A stretch of 60,364 bases of DNA from a virus (taxonomy: Duplodnaviria > Caudoviricetes). The stretch spans positions 1-60,364 of the IMG/VR virus record IMGVR_UViG_3300030328_003717, one strand, 5' to 3'. A program made the translations under genes and the position numbers. The notes under the pieces are model-generated. The model saw nothing but the letters and a program-made list of their open reading frames with translations. It was not told the origin of the DNA and ran no database searches. Shown one piece after another: positions 34,978 to 44,988 of the stretch; within the stretch, counting starts at the first letter, position 1; every line of letters begins with the position of its first letter.

Positions 34978-37900
34978 ATGGGCCTATCTGAAGCTCAGAA
35001 AAAAAGAAACGAGGAAGCACTAGCCGAGGCGATTGCTAATAAAGCCGCGTCTGAATCTAATCAAGAAGTTTCTAGTGATGGGGAGCAAGAACCCGACAAA
35101 AAATATATCGAGGTAGGCGACCTACCTTATCCTGTTGCGTCTTATAACATACCAGAAATTTTTGCTAAAAGTCTTGGTAAAGGTTGGAAAGGAGATCAAT
35201 TATCGTACGCACAAACCAGACAACTTGTTTCTGAAGACGAGGATAGAGCAGAAAAAATCGAAACCCTAAAAGACGAGACCCAAGAAGTTGTTTACGAGTC
35301 TAAGTATGGAGACGAAGGACTCACTCAGTTTAAAAACCTACAGGACCCTAACTGGTGGGCTAAGTCTTTGGGAGAAGGTATCGCGGGCTCTCTTCCCTTT
35401 TTTACTGGAATAGGGGCGGGAGGAGCTGCAGGGTTTGTGGCAGCCGGTCCTGCTGGAGTTATCCCTGGTATGACTATAGGAGGGGGTCTCGCCGTCTACG
35501 CTCAATCTTTTGGACCCGCCTATTATGAATACCTAGAAGCGCATCCTGGTGATGAGCAAGGCGCAGAAGACTACGCAATAATGGTATCTGGTCTTAGCAC
35601 GGTTATCAGTTCCGCTTCGGTTCCTGCTTCCTTGGCTGGGAGAAGCGCCGAGCCTATAAAACGGTTTATTATTCAGTCCATGCTTCAAGGAGGACTAGAA
35701 GCGGGGGACAGTATTTCGGGAAATCTTTTAGCTAAACACTATGTGGACCCCAACAGGGATCCTTTTACTGGTTTGGCGTCTGGCTTGGTTTCTGAAATTA
35801 CTTTTGAAAGCCCCACTTTATTTAAAACAACCACTTCAAGTAAACAAAGACAAGAGGCAAAAGAAGCAAGGGAAGCCGCTTTCAAAGAAAACCAAGAACA
35901 GCAGGATAAGAACCATGCTCTTATGGCTGAAAAAAGAGTTTTAGATGAGATCATGTCAAAAAGAAAAGAGCAAAGCAGAATCGACGGAACTCAAGAAGAC
36001 ATGACTGTTATTAGACCAAAAGTTTTGGCGGAAATACAAGAAGGGAATTTTGATAGTTTAGACATTGGTCATTTAAAAGAGATTGCGGAAAAACTTAAAA
36101 TCAGTTTTTTACCCATTGACAACAAAGAGACCTTGTTTAACAAAGTCAAAGAAAAAATGGAGGCTAATATAAGTAAAATAGTTTCTGATAACGAGGCCAA
36201 GGACATAGCTCAAAGCGAGCTAACTTTTGAAGATAGGTTTAACGAACAAAAAAACATACTTGAGGGGTTGTCTGGACAACAGGTTTTTGACTACATACAG
36301 CGAGAGTTTGATATGGGTTCTCCAGAGAAAACTTGGGAACAGTTTACTTATTGGGCAGAAAGACAAGGAGACTTTTCTTTTTCTCCAGCGGCTTTTGAGT
36401 CGGAGTATTACAACAAGCAAAAAGTGGAGGGCGATTATGGTTCACAAATGATAAACGCTCTGGCTCATGCTAGTGCTACACGTCTTCACAGCGAACAAAC
36501 CACAGGAGCCATCTCTTATTCATTGGGTGGCAAAGGCGAATTTAGAGAGCATGTAAAAGATATTACCGATAGATACACTAGAAAACAATTAGAAGATCAA
36601 TACAGTTTTTTATATACGGTAGACGACACAACTAAAATGTCTAATACAGACTTAGCAGGGAAAATAGCTGAGAAAATGATGATTTTAGAAAACGCTAGAA
36701 TGAAAAAAAAGAAAAGCGTTGGTCCTCTTGAACACACTCTCCCAGATACTTCGGTGAGCGCGAAAGGTTTTGAGGCCAACCCCAACTTTATTAAAGAAGT
36801 TTCACCCGATGGTAATGCTCGTAAAGCAAGGGCCGTTGTCTATGGTGAAGACGGCGAAGCACAAGGCACAATATTTTTTCAAAGAGAGCTTTTAGAGGAG
36901 CCAGAGTATAACAACCTTTTAGACAGAGCAGGGGTTGACCAAGATTTTAGTGACACAGAAACGGAAAGAGTTAAAAACTTAGGTCGATTAGTGGCTGTCA
37001 ATATGGAAAGTCCCTTTGGAGCATCGCCTATATTTGATTGGCAAAACGCAGAAAATTGGAAAGGTAAAACCATAGAAGAACTTGTGGTAGATCCCATTTC
37101 TTCAATACCTAATATTAAAGTGACTCAGTTAGGTACTGTTGGCACAGCGATGCCTCAGTACCAAAGAAGTTGGTTTACAAAAGGAAAAGGAAAAATTTCC
37201 TCTTGGTTTAGACCAGCGGGAAGATTAGGCTATGTCACTTTTCATAAAAAGAAGCAGGTCGAAGCCTTTGAGAGACAAGCTGATAGAGACGCTAAAAATC
37301 TTGCAAACGATGTAGAAGTAGCCATTATAAACGCGGCAAAAGAACAAGTTCTTAAAGGAGACACTCAAAAGAGATTTAATCCGAAAAACATTTTTAGGTG
37401 GAAAAAATATTTAGCCGCAGAAAAAGAGATACGCAGAAAAACCGGAGCTGTATTAAGAGACACTGCCTATAGTTTTATAGCTAATCCACAACAAAGAGCT
37501 GCTATAGAAACAGAAATAAACCGTTTGAAAACAAACATGAGTAAAGGAATCGTTTCAACGCCAGAACAGTTGGCTAATTACGAGGCACAAATAAACGAAT
37601 TAAACCTTCTTCTTGAAGGAAGCAAGCCTATTAAAGCGGCGATTGAAGAGCTTCCTACAAAAGCCTTACAAAGAGCCGTGAGAAACGCTCGATCAACAAT
37701 AGATGCTTTTAGCTCAAGACTTTTAAACGAGTTTCCAGGAGAGCTGTTGGGGGACATAGACGGAGAAAAAGGTGGGGGAAGAAAAGCTATAGAAGAGGGT
37801 CTTGGGTCTTATGTGACCACTTCTTACGGCGTAAATGAGCCGGGTTTAAACTATGCTCCTAAGTTTAGTATGAGATTTTTGGGGTCTAAATCGGCTAAAA

Positions 37901-40710
37901 AACTTTTTGAGGCCGGAGTAACATCTTTTCAAGAACAAAATCGTGGAGATCCTGATTGGGAAGGAGAAAAAGGAAGGCAGTTGGCAATAGATGCTATGAA
38001 CAATCTTTGGGGTCGTGAGCAGCAAAACTCCAGCATGAGTTCGCAAATTCTTCCAGGAACTATAAAAGGTACTTTCTCCAACGAAAAAGGTCAAAGTCTT
38101 CCTACTGTTACACAAATGTTAGAACAACGGCACAAGCTTCCTCTTCCTATTAGAAAGGCTTTGGGTGAAGTAACCGATCCTACGCTATTGATAGCGTCCA
38201 CTATATCTAGGGTTTCAAGAGTTATTTCAAAACAAAATTATTATAGAGATCTTTTAAGGACCAATTATATGCCTGGAGAAATGATGTTCTCAGTTTCAAA
38301 AATAGGTCCTTTTACTGTGCCAATCGCTAAAGATGAAGCCAATCCTTTGAGCGGTCTTTTTACAACCCCTGATTTTGCAAAAGAAATAAGCTCACAAGTT
38401 ACTTCTGAGGCAACTGATATGTCTCCTATGATCCACATTTGGAAATCGTTTGCTCAAATCAAAGGAGGAGTGCAAGGAATAATGATTATTCTCAGTCCGG
38501 GAACACAAACGAGAAACCTTATGGGAGCGGGGCTTATGTTTGCAAATGCAGGACACATAAAGCAAGGTGATTGGGCGTCGTCTTTCAGAGCAATTAACCA
38601 AGAGATTTTCCCAGGAGTAGCATACGACAAAAACGGAAACCTTACAGGGGATGCAACAGAGGCTAGGGAAAACATGCGTTTAATTGCTCGTCTTGGTGTA
38701 ACCAGTACCAACCCTAATATCGGTGACGCCTTTGGAGTAAGTCAAGAAATGGCAAGTGGAAGGTACACCACATTAGACGAAATTGTTCATGCTCTTATGT
38801 CAACCAGAAAGTTTAATCCTGAAACCCTTAGAAGTACGGCTGTCACGGGTGTAGGGGCTGCTGTGGATAAAACCGTGGGGGCTGTTTGGAGAAAAGCCAA
38901 GGCCTTTTACACAGGCATTGATGACTTTTTTAAACGAATGGCTTGGGGAGCAAATGTAATAGAAATAAAAAGAAGTTTGGATAGGTTTGATGAAATCGCT
39001 AGAAACATGCCACCAATAGACGTAACTCCATCAAAACCCGTCTTGGGGACCGAACTCGTTGAGACTGTGGGTAAAGAGCCTGTGGCACCTGTAGTAAAGG
39101 AACAACTGCCTGGGTTGGAGTATAGCCAAGATGGAAAGGTCTTGGGTGTAACCGACGAATGGAAACTGGCTTTGTTAAGAGAATACACAAGCACTTTAAC
39201 AAACAATATGGGAACCTATCGTACAAATGCGGCGGTTCTGTACAGAAATGTTGATAATTTAAGCGATTATATTAAACATTTAGCTGCTCACTTAACTAGA
39301 AACACAATGCCAAACTACGATTATGTAGGTGCTTTTGCCAAGCTCATACGACTTCTTCCTTGGGGTAATTTTATTGCTTTTGATACCGAGATGATAAGGG
39401 TAACGGGAAACTTAATACAACTGCAATACAAAGACACCATGTTTAAACTTTCAGATAAACTTATGGCACAGGCGGGTCTGCCCAAAGAACAGGTTGTGTA
39501 CAACGCGGTGAAAGATTCGGACGGTAATTGGCAGGCAACAAACCCTTATGTGAAACAATTGAATCAAAGACCTTTTCATCGTAAAGCGGTGAAACGGGCT
39601 GTGATTGGAAACGCTGCAATGGTCGGACTTATCCCCGCTATTATTGCAGGGGCACAATGGATTTACGATGTTGACGACGAGGAATTAGAGGCCGCGGATA
39701 AGATTGGACCGGAGTACGCAAAAGGTTCGTCAAGAGCGCCTACCAGTGGTGTCAAAGACGGTAAGATGAAGTTTCTTTTATTAGACTACCTTATTCCTAC
39801 TTCTTTTTTGTTTAGGGCTAAAAACATTATTCTGCAAAGTACGAAAGACGCAGAAGACATGAACGAGACAATTCCAGAGGCTGCTGTAAAAGGAGTTTTT
39901 GAAGCTTTTTTTGATTTTATGGAAACCTATTATAAAATCTCCATTGCTCCCGCCACTGCGAAGGAGATTATAGAAAACAAAAACAAAAACGGAAAACCTG
40001 TTTACAACGAAACGGATAATTGGGGAGAAATACTCAACGTCGTGTCAAAATATATTTTGAATGAAGCGGGTCCTGGTGGGTATAGGCAGATGAGAGATAT
40101 TTACAAAGCTTTTGCAAAGGACCAAGATTTAAGCTACACCGCATCGGGTAAGAAAATAGAAAAGATGCCCGCTGCTTTGAAAGTTGTTGGATTTGGTGAA
40201 GGTGAAGTTGATGGTAATAAGGGCATAGGTTATAGAATAGACAACATTACCAATATCACAAGAGGGAGTTTCAAAAATAATGTTTCATCGAATATGGATG
40301 TTGTGAGGTGGGACACACAAACCACGTCGCAAGACATACTAGATCAGTGGACAGACGCTCAAGTAGCGTGGTTTGATATTCAAAAGCAGTTGTACTTCGA
40401 CCTACAGGAGTACGAAATAATGGAAACAAACCCCAAAAAAATAAAAGAAGCACTAAGCCGTTTAGGAAACCTTCCTGGGGTGTACACCAGTTCAGAAACT
40501 GAAACGAATATTACAAACAATCTAAAAAAAGGAATATTTACTCCTTGGAAGATGCCAAATAAGTATAAAAAGACGTTTAATGACGTTAAACGAGAGTCGA
40601 ATTTAAAAAGAGTGTGGCCTCAAAACGAGTTAAGAAGAAGGGAAAGACAATTAAAAGGAATTAGTCTTCGTGAACACAGTTCTCTTCCTCTTGCTTGGAC
40701 AGAAGACTAA
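34978..40710 (+). CDS. Large internal virion/ejection protein (1910 aa)
   Basis: Last and largest structural-block ORF; Gly/Ala hydrophobic N-terminal segment, helical. Confidence 0.7.
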   Translation: MGLSEAQKKRNEEALAEAIANKAASESNQEVSSDGEQEPDKKYIEVGDLPYPVASYNIPEIFAKSLGKGWKGDQLSYAQTRQLVSEDEDRAEKIETLKDETQEVVYESKYGDEGLTQFKNLQDPNWWAKSLGEGIAGSLPFFTGIGAGGAAGFVAAGPAGVIPGMTIGGGLAVYAQSFGPAYYEYLEAHPGDEQGAEDYAIMVSGLSTVISSASVPASLAGRSAEPIKRFIIQSMLQGGLEAGDSISGNLLAKHYVDPNRDPFTGLASGLVSEITFESPTLFKTTTSSKQRQEAKEAREAAFKENQEQQDKNHALMAEKRVLDEIMSKRKEQSRIDGTQEDMTVIRPKVLAEIQEGNFDSLDIGHLKEIAEKLKISFLPIDNKETLFNKVKEKMEANISKIVSDNEAKDIAQSELTFEDRFNEQKNILEGLSGQQVFDYIQREFDMGSPEKTWEQFTYWAERQGDFSFSPAAFESEYYNKQKVEGDYGSQMINALAHASATRLHSEQTTGAISYSLGGKGEFREHVKDITDRYTRKQLEDQYSFLYTVDDTTKMSNTDLAGKIAEKMMILENARMKKKKSVGPLEHTLPDTSVSAKGFEANPNFIKEVSPDGNARKARAVVYGEDGEAQGTIFFQRELLEEPEYNNLLDRAGVDQDFSDTETERVKNLGRLVAVNMESPFGASPIFDWQNAENWKGKTIEELVVDPISSIPNIKVTQLGTVGTAMPQYQRSWFTKGKGKISSWFRPAGRLGYVTFHKKKQVEAFERQADRDAKNLANDVEVAIINAAKEQVLKGDTQKRFNPKNIFRWKKYLAAEKEIRRKTGAVLRDTAYSFIANPQQRAAIETEINRLKTNMSKGIVSTPEQLANYEAQINELNLLLEGSKPIKAAIEELPTKALQRAVRNARSTIDAFSSRLLNEFPGELLGDIDGEKGGGRKAIEEGLGSYVTTSYGVNEPGLNYAPKFSMRFLGSKSAKKLFEAGVTSFQEQNRGDPDWEGEKGRQLAIDAMNNLWGREQQNSSMSSQILPGTIKGTFSNEKGQSLPTVTQMLEQRHKLPLPIRKALGEVTDPTLLIASTISRVSRVISKQNYYRDLLRTNYMPGEMMFSVSKIGPFTVPIAKDEANPLSGLFTTPDFAKEISSQVTSEATDMSPMIHIWKSFAQIKGGVQGIMIILSPGTQTRNLMGAGLMFANAGHIKQGDWASSFRAINQEIFPGVAYDKNGNLTGDATEARENMRLIARLGVTSTNPNIGDAFGVSQEMASGRYTTLDEIVHALMSTRKFNPETLRSTAVTGVGAAVDKTVGAVWRKAKAFYTGIDDFFKRMAWGANVIEIKRSLDRFDEIARNMPPIDVTPSKPVLGTELVETVGKEPVAPVVKEQLPGLEYSQDGKVLGVTDEWKLALLREYTSTLTNNMGTYRTNAAVLYRNVDNLSDYIKHLAAHLTRNTMPNYDYVGAFAKLIRLLPWGNFIAFDTEMIRVTGNLIQLQYKDTMFKLSDKLMAQAGLPKEQVVYNAVKDSDGNWQATNPYVKQLNQRPFHRKAVKRAVIGNAAMVGLIPAIIAGAQWIYDVDDEELEAADKIGPEYAKGSSRAPTSGVKDGKMKFLLLDYLIPTSFLFRAKNIILQSTKDAEDMNETIPEAAVKGVFEAFFDFMETYYKISIAPATAKEIIENKNKNGKPVYNETDNWGEILNVVSKYILNEAGPGGYRQMRDIYKAFAKDQDLSYTASGKKIEKMPAALKVVGFGEGEVDGNKGIGYRIDNITNITRGSFKNNVSSNMDVVRWDTQTTSQDILDQWTDAQVAWFDIQKQLYFDLQEYEIMETNPKKIKEALSRLGNLPGVYTSSETETNITNNLKKGIFTPWKMPNKYKKTFNDVKRESNLKRVWPQNELRRRERQLKGISLREHSSLPLAWTED

Positions 40711-41380
40711 ACTTCTCTACTCGATCCATCCAAGCTTCAGCGGCTCGGTCAAACTCACTGCCTTCTAAAACAAACTCTTGATACAAGCAGTCTACTGAAC
40801 ACATCATAATCACGCCTTTGTGTATGTCTGTGCCGTACAGTTCGTTGTGTGCCAAAGAATATGCAGCAAGTTGTTGAAAGTAATCCCAAACCCACTGTCT
40901 GCGCTTTGGTTTGTTTGTCTGCTTAAAGTCTATGATAGAAAGATCGTTGTCGTGTACACCAATAACATCCGCTTGGCCTGCGTATTTATCAGGATAATAC
41001 AAAGATACTTCACAACCATACACTTGTGATATGTTAGGAAACCCTTCGTCCATGATCGTACATGCCATCTTCAAAGCTCTCTTTTGCTCTGCGTTCTCAG
41101 GCTTGTATTCCCAAATCTCACCGTTGATGATTTGTTTCTCAAGAATGTTGTGCATGTATGTGCCTCTGGCCGCAGCTTCAAGGCGAATACGTTCTGCTTC
41201 TTCCTCACCTACTTTGTCTATCCATTTTTTTAAGAAGTCTCCTTCTTTTGTTCCAGATAGTACAGTAGTTACTGAAGGAAGCTTGTCTCCATTGCAGTCA
41301 TAAAACCTTCCGCTTTTGCGAGTTTCACTAGAGAACACACCGTACTCATACGGTGATTCGTAAAGTATTTTGTGCTTCAC
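40661..41380 (-). CDS. PD-(D/E)XK exonuclease
   Basis: LPSVTTVL...RGTYMH...E..L...YAGQAD...IIDFKQ...QLAAY. Confidence 0.85.
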   Translation of the reverse strand: MKHKILYESPYEYGVFSSETRKSGRFYDCNGDKLPSVTTVLSGTKEGDFLKKWIDKVGEEEAERIRLEAAARGTYMHNILEKQIINGEIWEYKPENAEQKRALKMACTIMDEGFPNISQVYGCEVSLYYPDKYAGQADVIGVHDNDLSIIDFKQTNKPKRRQWVWDYFQQLAAYSLAHNELYGTDIHKGVIMMCSVDCLYQEFVLEGSEFDRAAEAWMDRVEKFSLLSKQEEENCVHED

Positions 41381-41547
41381 TGCTTTGGTACTTCAGAGAG
41401 GTTGCCTTCTTCTATGTCTTTTTTCAAACGTTTTACCGCGAAAGCAAAAACATTGCTGGTAGGTCTTTCCGTTTTTTCACCGATTTCAGCGGCTATATCA
41501 ACGATTTCTCTGCGTATTGCTACACTTTTCCATTTTTTTGTGTCCAT
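41377..41547 (-). CDS. 56-aa ribbon-helix-helix-like regulator
   Basis: AGGAG RBS; MDTKKWKSVAIRREIVDIAAEIGEKTERPTSNVFAFAV; GTGA overlap with the exonuclease. Confidence 0.65.
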   Translation of the reverse strand: MDTKKWKSVAIRREIVDIAAEIGEKTERPTSNVFAFAVKRLKKDIEEGNLSEVPKQ

Positions 41548-41564
41548 TTCGACTCCTATTTTAC

Positions 41565-41588
41565 AGTATATTTTAAGATATATCTTGA
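41565..41588 (-). promoter_or_regulatory. -10 box plus palindromic operator upstream of the RHH gene
   Basis: TATACT (41570-41565) adjacent to perfect palindrome AAGATATATCTT (41575-41586). Confidence 0.55.
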
Positions 41589-43450
41589 TTTTTTGCGATC
41601 ATAGAATCGCCCCAATTCTTTCCAACTTCGGCATCAACCTTGTTTGGAACATCCAGGGGAACGGCTTCTTCCATGAGTTTGCAGATGTTGCTAACGTCCT
41701 CTTTATCCCTGACTGAGAACACCAGCTCGTCATGCACTTGAAGCAGAGGGGGGAACCCCGCTTCAAAACATTGGACCATGGACTGCTTCGTCATGTCAGC
41801 AGCCGAACCTTGAATTAGTTTATTGAGCGCCTTGTAAACAAACGCTCGTTTAATTTCTCCGTTGTACTCGTGTACAGCTTCTTTATATTTCATAGGCCTA
41901 CCTGTTCCATATCTAAGCGGTTCCCACATATCAAAGTGACAACGCCTACCCAATATGGTTTTAATATATCCTTTCTGACTTGCGCTTCTCATTACAGAAT
42001 CTGCAAGTTGTCTAACAAAAGGAGTGTAGGTATTAAACTTGGCGAGTATTTCTGAAGCTTCTTCTACTGTCACACCCAACTGATCTGCCAGCTTGCCTTT
42101 GCCCATGCCATACATAATGCCAAGCCCTATGGTCTTAGCGGTCTTTCTGTCTATGCCTGCAAGATTCGCAACCTCTTGGTGAAAGTCTGCGTCTCCTTGT
42201 TGATAAGCGTCGGCAACCGACTCTGCTCCGTCGTAATGAGAACGATTGGCATAATGTGTCAGTATTCTTGGCTCTTGTTGAGAAAAGTCAGCAGAACACC
42301 ACTGCTCTCCCTTTTCCGGTAAAAACAAAGACCGAATCAAAGGACCGATCTCTTTGTTTCTCGCGGGCACTTGCTGTAGGTTTGGATTGCTCATGGACAA
42401 CCGACCAGTGACTGTGCCACCAGACTCTCCTTTTAGTTGCCTAATCTCAGCGTGTATACGTCCGTTGTGTTCATGCTTTAAAATAGAGTCTATAAACGTG
42501 CTGTGTGTTTTATTGACTTCCCTAGCTTCTCTTATCTTTTGAGCTATGGGGTGTCTGTGGTTTTCTAAGAACGCTTTGGTAAAGCTAGGCAGTCCTGTGG
42601 GCGTCCTAGAATAAGATAGGTCCATCGCATCAAAAACTTTCGCCAAAGAGTTTGCTGCCCAAAGCTGTATGTCTTTAACGCCAGACTCATCCAGTATTTC
42701 TTTCACAATTTTCTTTTCTCTAGCAATCAATTTCTTTTTAAGAACAGACGCTCTTTCAACATCTACGCGAACGCCTCTTTGTTTCATATCAAGAACCACG
42801 GGAAGAACTCTCATCTCTAGTTCAAAGATGTTCCAAAGATTTTGTTCTTCAAGCAGTAGTTTAAAATGATTCCAAAGTTTTAAAGTCAGTGCAGCATCTT
42901 GTGTTGCATAGGTTCCCACATAAGCAGAAGGCAGTCGCCACATTTCTGCTTTCGGATCAATGCCCCATTCTTCTGCGGCTTGTCGTAACTCTGCTTCTGA
43001 TTTTCCTTCTTGCAAATACTCTTGTCCCAAAGCATTTAACGTATACCAATACATGTTCTCGTTAATTAAAGGTGCGACAATCATGGTATCTATAATCTTT
43101 CCTTTGACGTCTATGCCTTCGTTCTTTAACCAACCCACATCGTATGTTGCATTGTGAAACACTTTGTCTTGTTGTTCTGACACAACGTCTTTAACAAAAT
43201 CTAAAACTCGTTTCTTTGGAAAATTAAAACCAGACTCGTGTGCAAACGGAAAGTAGTCGGCAAAGCCGTCGCAAGCAATAGACACGCCTACGGCTTCTCC
43301 ATCGCCACGAATATATCCAGGGCCTAATTCTTTTAGTCTTGGATCTCTAGTCTCCAAGTCAATTGCAATCTCCTTTGCATCTTTCAATAGTTGTGTTGGA
43401 AAAACATCTGGTGGTGTCCACTCTGTGGGGGGTTTGTAAACAAAACTCAT
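41573..43450 (-). CDS. polA: Family A DNA polymerase (3'-5' exo plus pol), Leu762 type
   Basis: IDLET ExoI, TGRLS..NPNLQQVP, DFSQQEPR, RKTAKTIGLGIMYG, QVHDELVF. Confidence 0.95.
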   Translation of the reverse strand: MSFVYKPPTEWTPPDVFPTQLLKDAKEIAIDLETRDPRLKELGPGYIRGDGEAVGVSIACDGFADYFPFAHESGFNFPKKRVLDFVKDVVSEQQDKVFHNATYDVGWLKNEGIDVKGKIIDTMIVAPLINENMYWYTLNALGQEYLQEGKSEAELRQAAEEWGIDPKAEMWRLPSAYVGTYATQDAALTLKLWNHFKLLLEEQNLWNIFELEMRVLPVVLDMKQRGVRVDVERASVLKKKLIAREKKIVKEILDESGVKDIQLWAANSLAKVFDAMDLSYSRTPTGLPSFTKAFLENHRHPIAQKIREAREVNKTHSTFIDSILKHEHNGRIHAEIRQLKGESGGTVTGRLSMSNPNLQQVPARNKEIGPLIRSLFLPEKGEQWCSADFSQQEPRILTHYANRSHYDGAESVADAYQQGDADFHQEVANLAGIDRKTAKTIGLGIMYGMGKGKLADQLGVTVEEASEILAKFNTYTPFVRQLADSVMRSASQKGYIKTILGRRCHFDMWEPLRYGTGRPMKYKEAVHEYNGEIKRAFVYKALNKLIQGSAADMTKQSMVQCFEAGFPPLLQVHDELVFSVRDKEDVSNICKLMEEAVPLDVPNKVDAEVGKNWGDSMIAKNQDIS

Positions 43451-44988
43451 ATAACGTACCTATAATAATCATCTTGGGCTTTTATAAAATACAAGTTCTC
43501 AACTGTACGCGTAACTGCGACATAGAACTGTCTGTGAAGCCCATCGGGTTGTAGTGTTGAAGACTGTTTTTGTGCTTTCGATAAATCAAGATACACAGCC
43601 ACATTCTCCGCTTCACCGCCTTTTGCTTGGTGTATCGTAGATATAACAATGCGCGGTTCTCCATGTAGGTCTTCTTTGTTATTCATTGCTTTTTCAATAA
43701 ATCCTTTTCGTTCTACGTCTATGCTTTTGTCAAATAGTTCTTTCCATGTTTTGTCTAATATTTCTTCTTTTAAACCATAGTTGTCCATGGCTTCGTCTAA
43801 AGTTACTTTGTGTCCCAGCTCTTTGTCTTGTCCCACCTTACTTATAAACCCTCTTTTTACACCCTGTTTTCCTAAGTAATAATACAAATCATCTAGCTCT
43901 GATAAAGTGACCGGCTCGGTTTTTATTTTTTCCCAAGTTTCAATAGCTGAAATCATTCTTAAAGGAATGTACCTGTAGTGGTTGTGAGCAAAAGGATAGC
44001 CGTTGTCTATTAAATACTTTCTAATGTTGTATCCTTTTGATGTGTCGGTCAACATGTAATCACAAGAAGCCATAATCAACCACTCTCCTTTTTCCAAAGG
44101 CAACGTATCTATTGAAGAAACGTTATTGACACTTCCTGGTTCTTCTCTTGGCTTATATTCTTTTGGTTCCCTAGAGACTATTCTCTCTGATATTCTTTTT
44201 GCAATCGGATGCACAGTTCTTGGTATCCTATAGGACTGATTTAGCACGATTTTATTTCCCTCATAGTTTACAAACCTTTCAGGCCTAGCTCCGTTCCATT
44301 CATAAATGGCTTGGTCATCGTCTCCAGCAATAAAAGTTCTCTCCGTTGTGCTCGCTAGTTTGTCTACCAAACGCCAGTTCAGCTCCGCCAAATCTTGTGC
44401 TTCGTCTACAATTAAAAGGTCTAGTGGTGGTGGTGTGCCGTCTTCTAAAAAACTTACAATCATATCGGCAAAAGAAAACAACACAGGTGTTCGAGACAAC
44501 CTAAACTCTTCCCAAGCTTCTGATAACGGTTCCAACATGTGTGGTACAACACCTTTTCTTTGAGACGCGTCTAAAGACAGTCGCTCTTCTTTTAAAGACC
44601 GACAGTTTGTTTTTGCTCGTTCTATGATGTCGAAATACGGATCTTGGACCACGGACCTAATTGCTCTTGCGTTGTTTGGATATTCTTTGGTTAACTTAAA
44701 TTCGTATTCTTTTAAAAAATCAAACACGTCTCTGCCACCCACCACATGCGATATGCCCATGACTCTTTTGCAAAACGCGTGGCTTGTGCAGAAGTAAGGC
44801 ATCTCTTCAAAAGTTAAACCAAACTTGACGTGTGCTCTGTTCTTTCCTTCTTCAGCTGCTTTTTTAGAAAAAGATATAAAAGCAATTCGCTCTGGTGCAA
44901 CTCCCTCGTCTATGCTTTTCTCTATAATATTTAGCAAAGTTGTTGTCTTCCCTGTTCCTGGAGGACCATAATATTTTGTTACTCCCAT
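43447..44988 (-). CDS. UvrD/Rep-like SF1 helicase
   Basis: GPPGTGKT, VDEAQD, GDDDQAIY, QSYR, STIHQAKGGE, YVAVTR. Confidence 0.92.
   Translation of the reverse strand: MGVTKYYGPPGTGKTTTLLNIIEKSIDEGVAPERIAFISFSKKAAEEGKNRAHVKFGLTFEEMPYFCTSHAFCKRVMGISHVVGGRDVFDFLKEYEFKLTKEYPNNARAIRSVVQDPYFDIIERAKTNCRSLKEERLSLDASQRKGVVPHMLEPLSEAWEEFRLSRTPVLFSFADMIVSFLEDGTPPPLDLLIVDEAQDLAELNWRLVDKLASTTERTFIAGDDDQAIYEWNGARPERFVNYEGNKIVLNQSYRIPRTVHPIAKRISERIVSREPKEYKPREEPGSVNNVSSIDTLPLEKGEWLIMASCDYMLTDTSKGYNIRKYLIDNGYPFAHNHYRYIPLRMISAIETWEKIKTEPVTLSELDDLYYYLGKQGVKRGFISKVGQDKELGHKVTLDEAMDNYGLKEEILDKTWKELFDKSIDVERKGFIEKAMNNKEDLHGEPRIVISTIHQAKGGEAENVAVYLDLSKAQKQSSTLQPDGLHRQFYVAVTRTVENLYFIKAQDDYYRYVI

Noticed and set aside
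40661-41380. Cas4
   Set aside because: Lacks the four-Cys Fe-S arrangement; context is a replication operon
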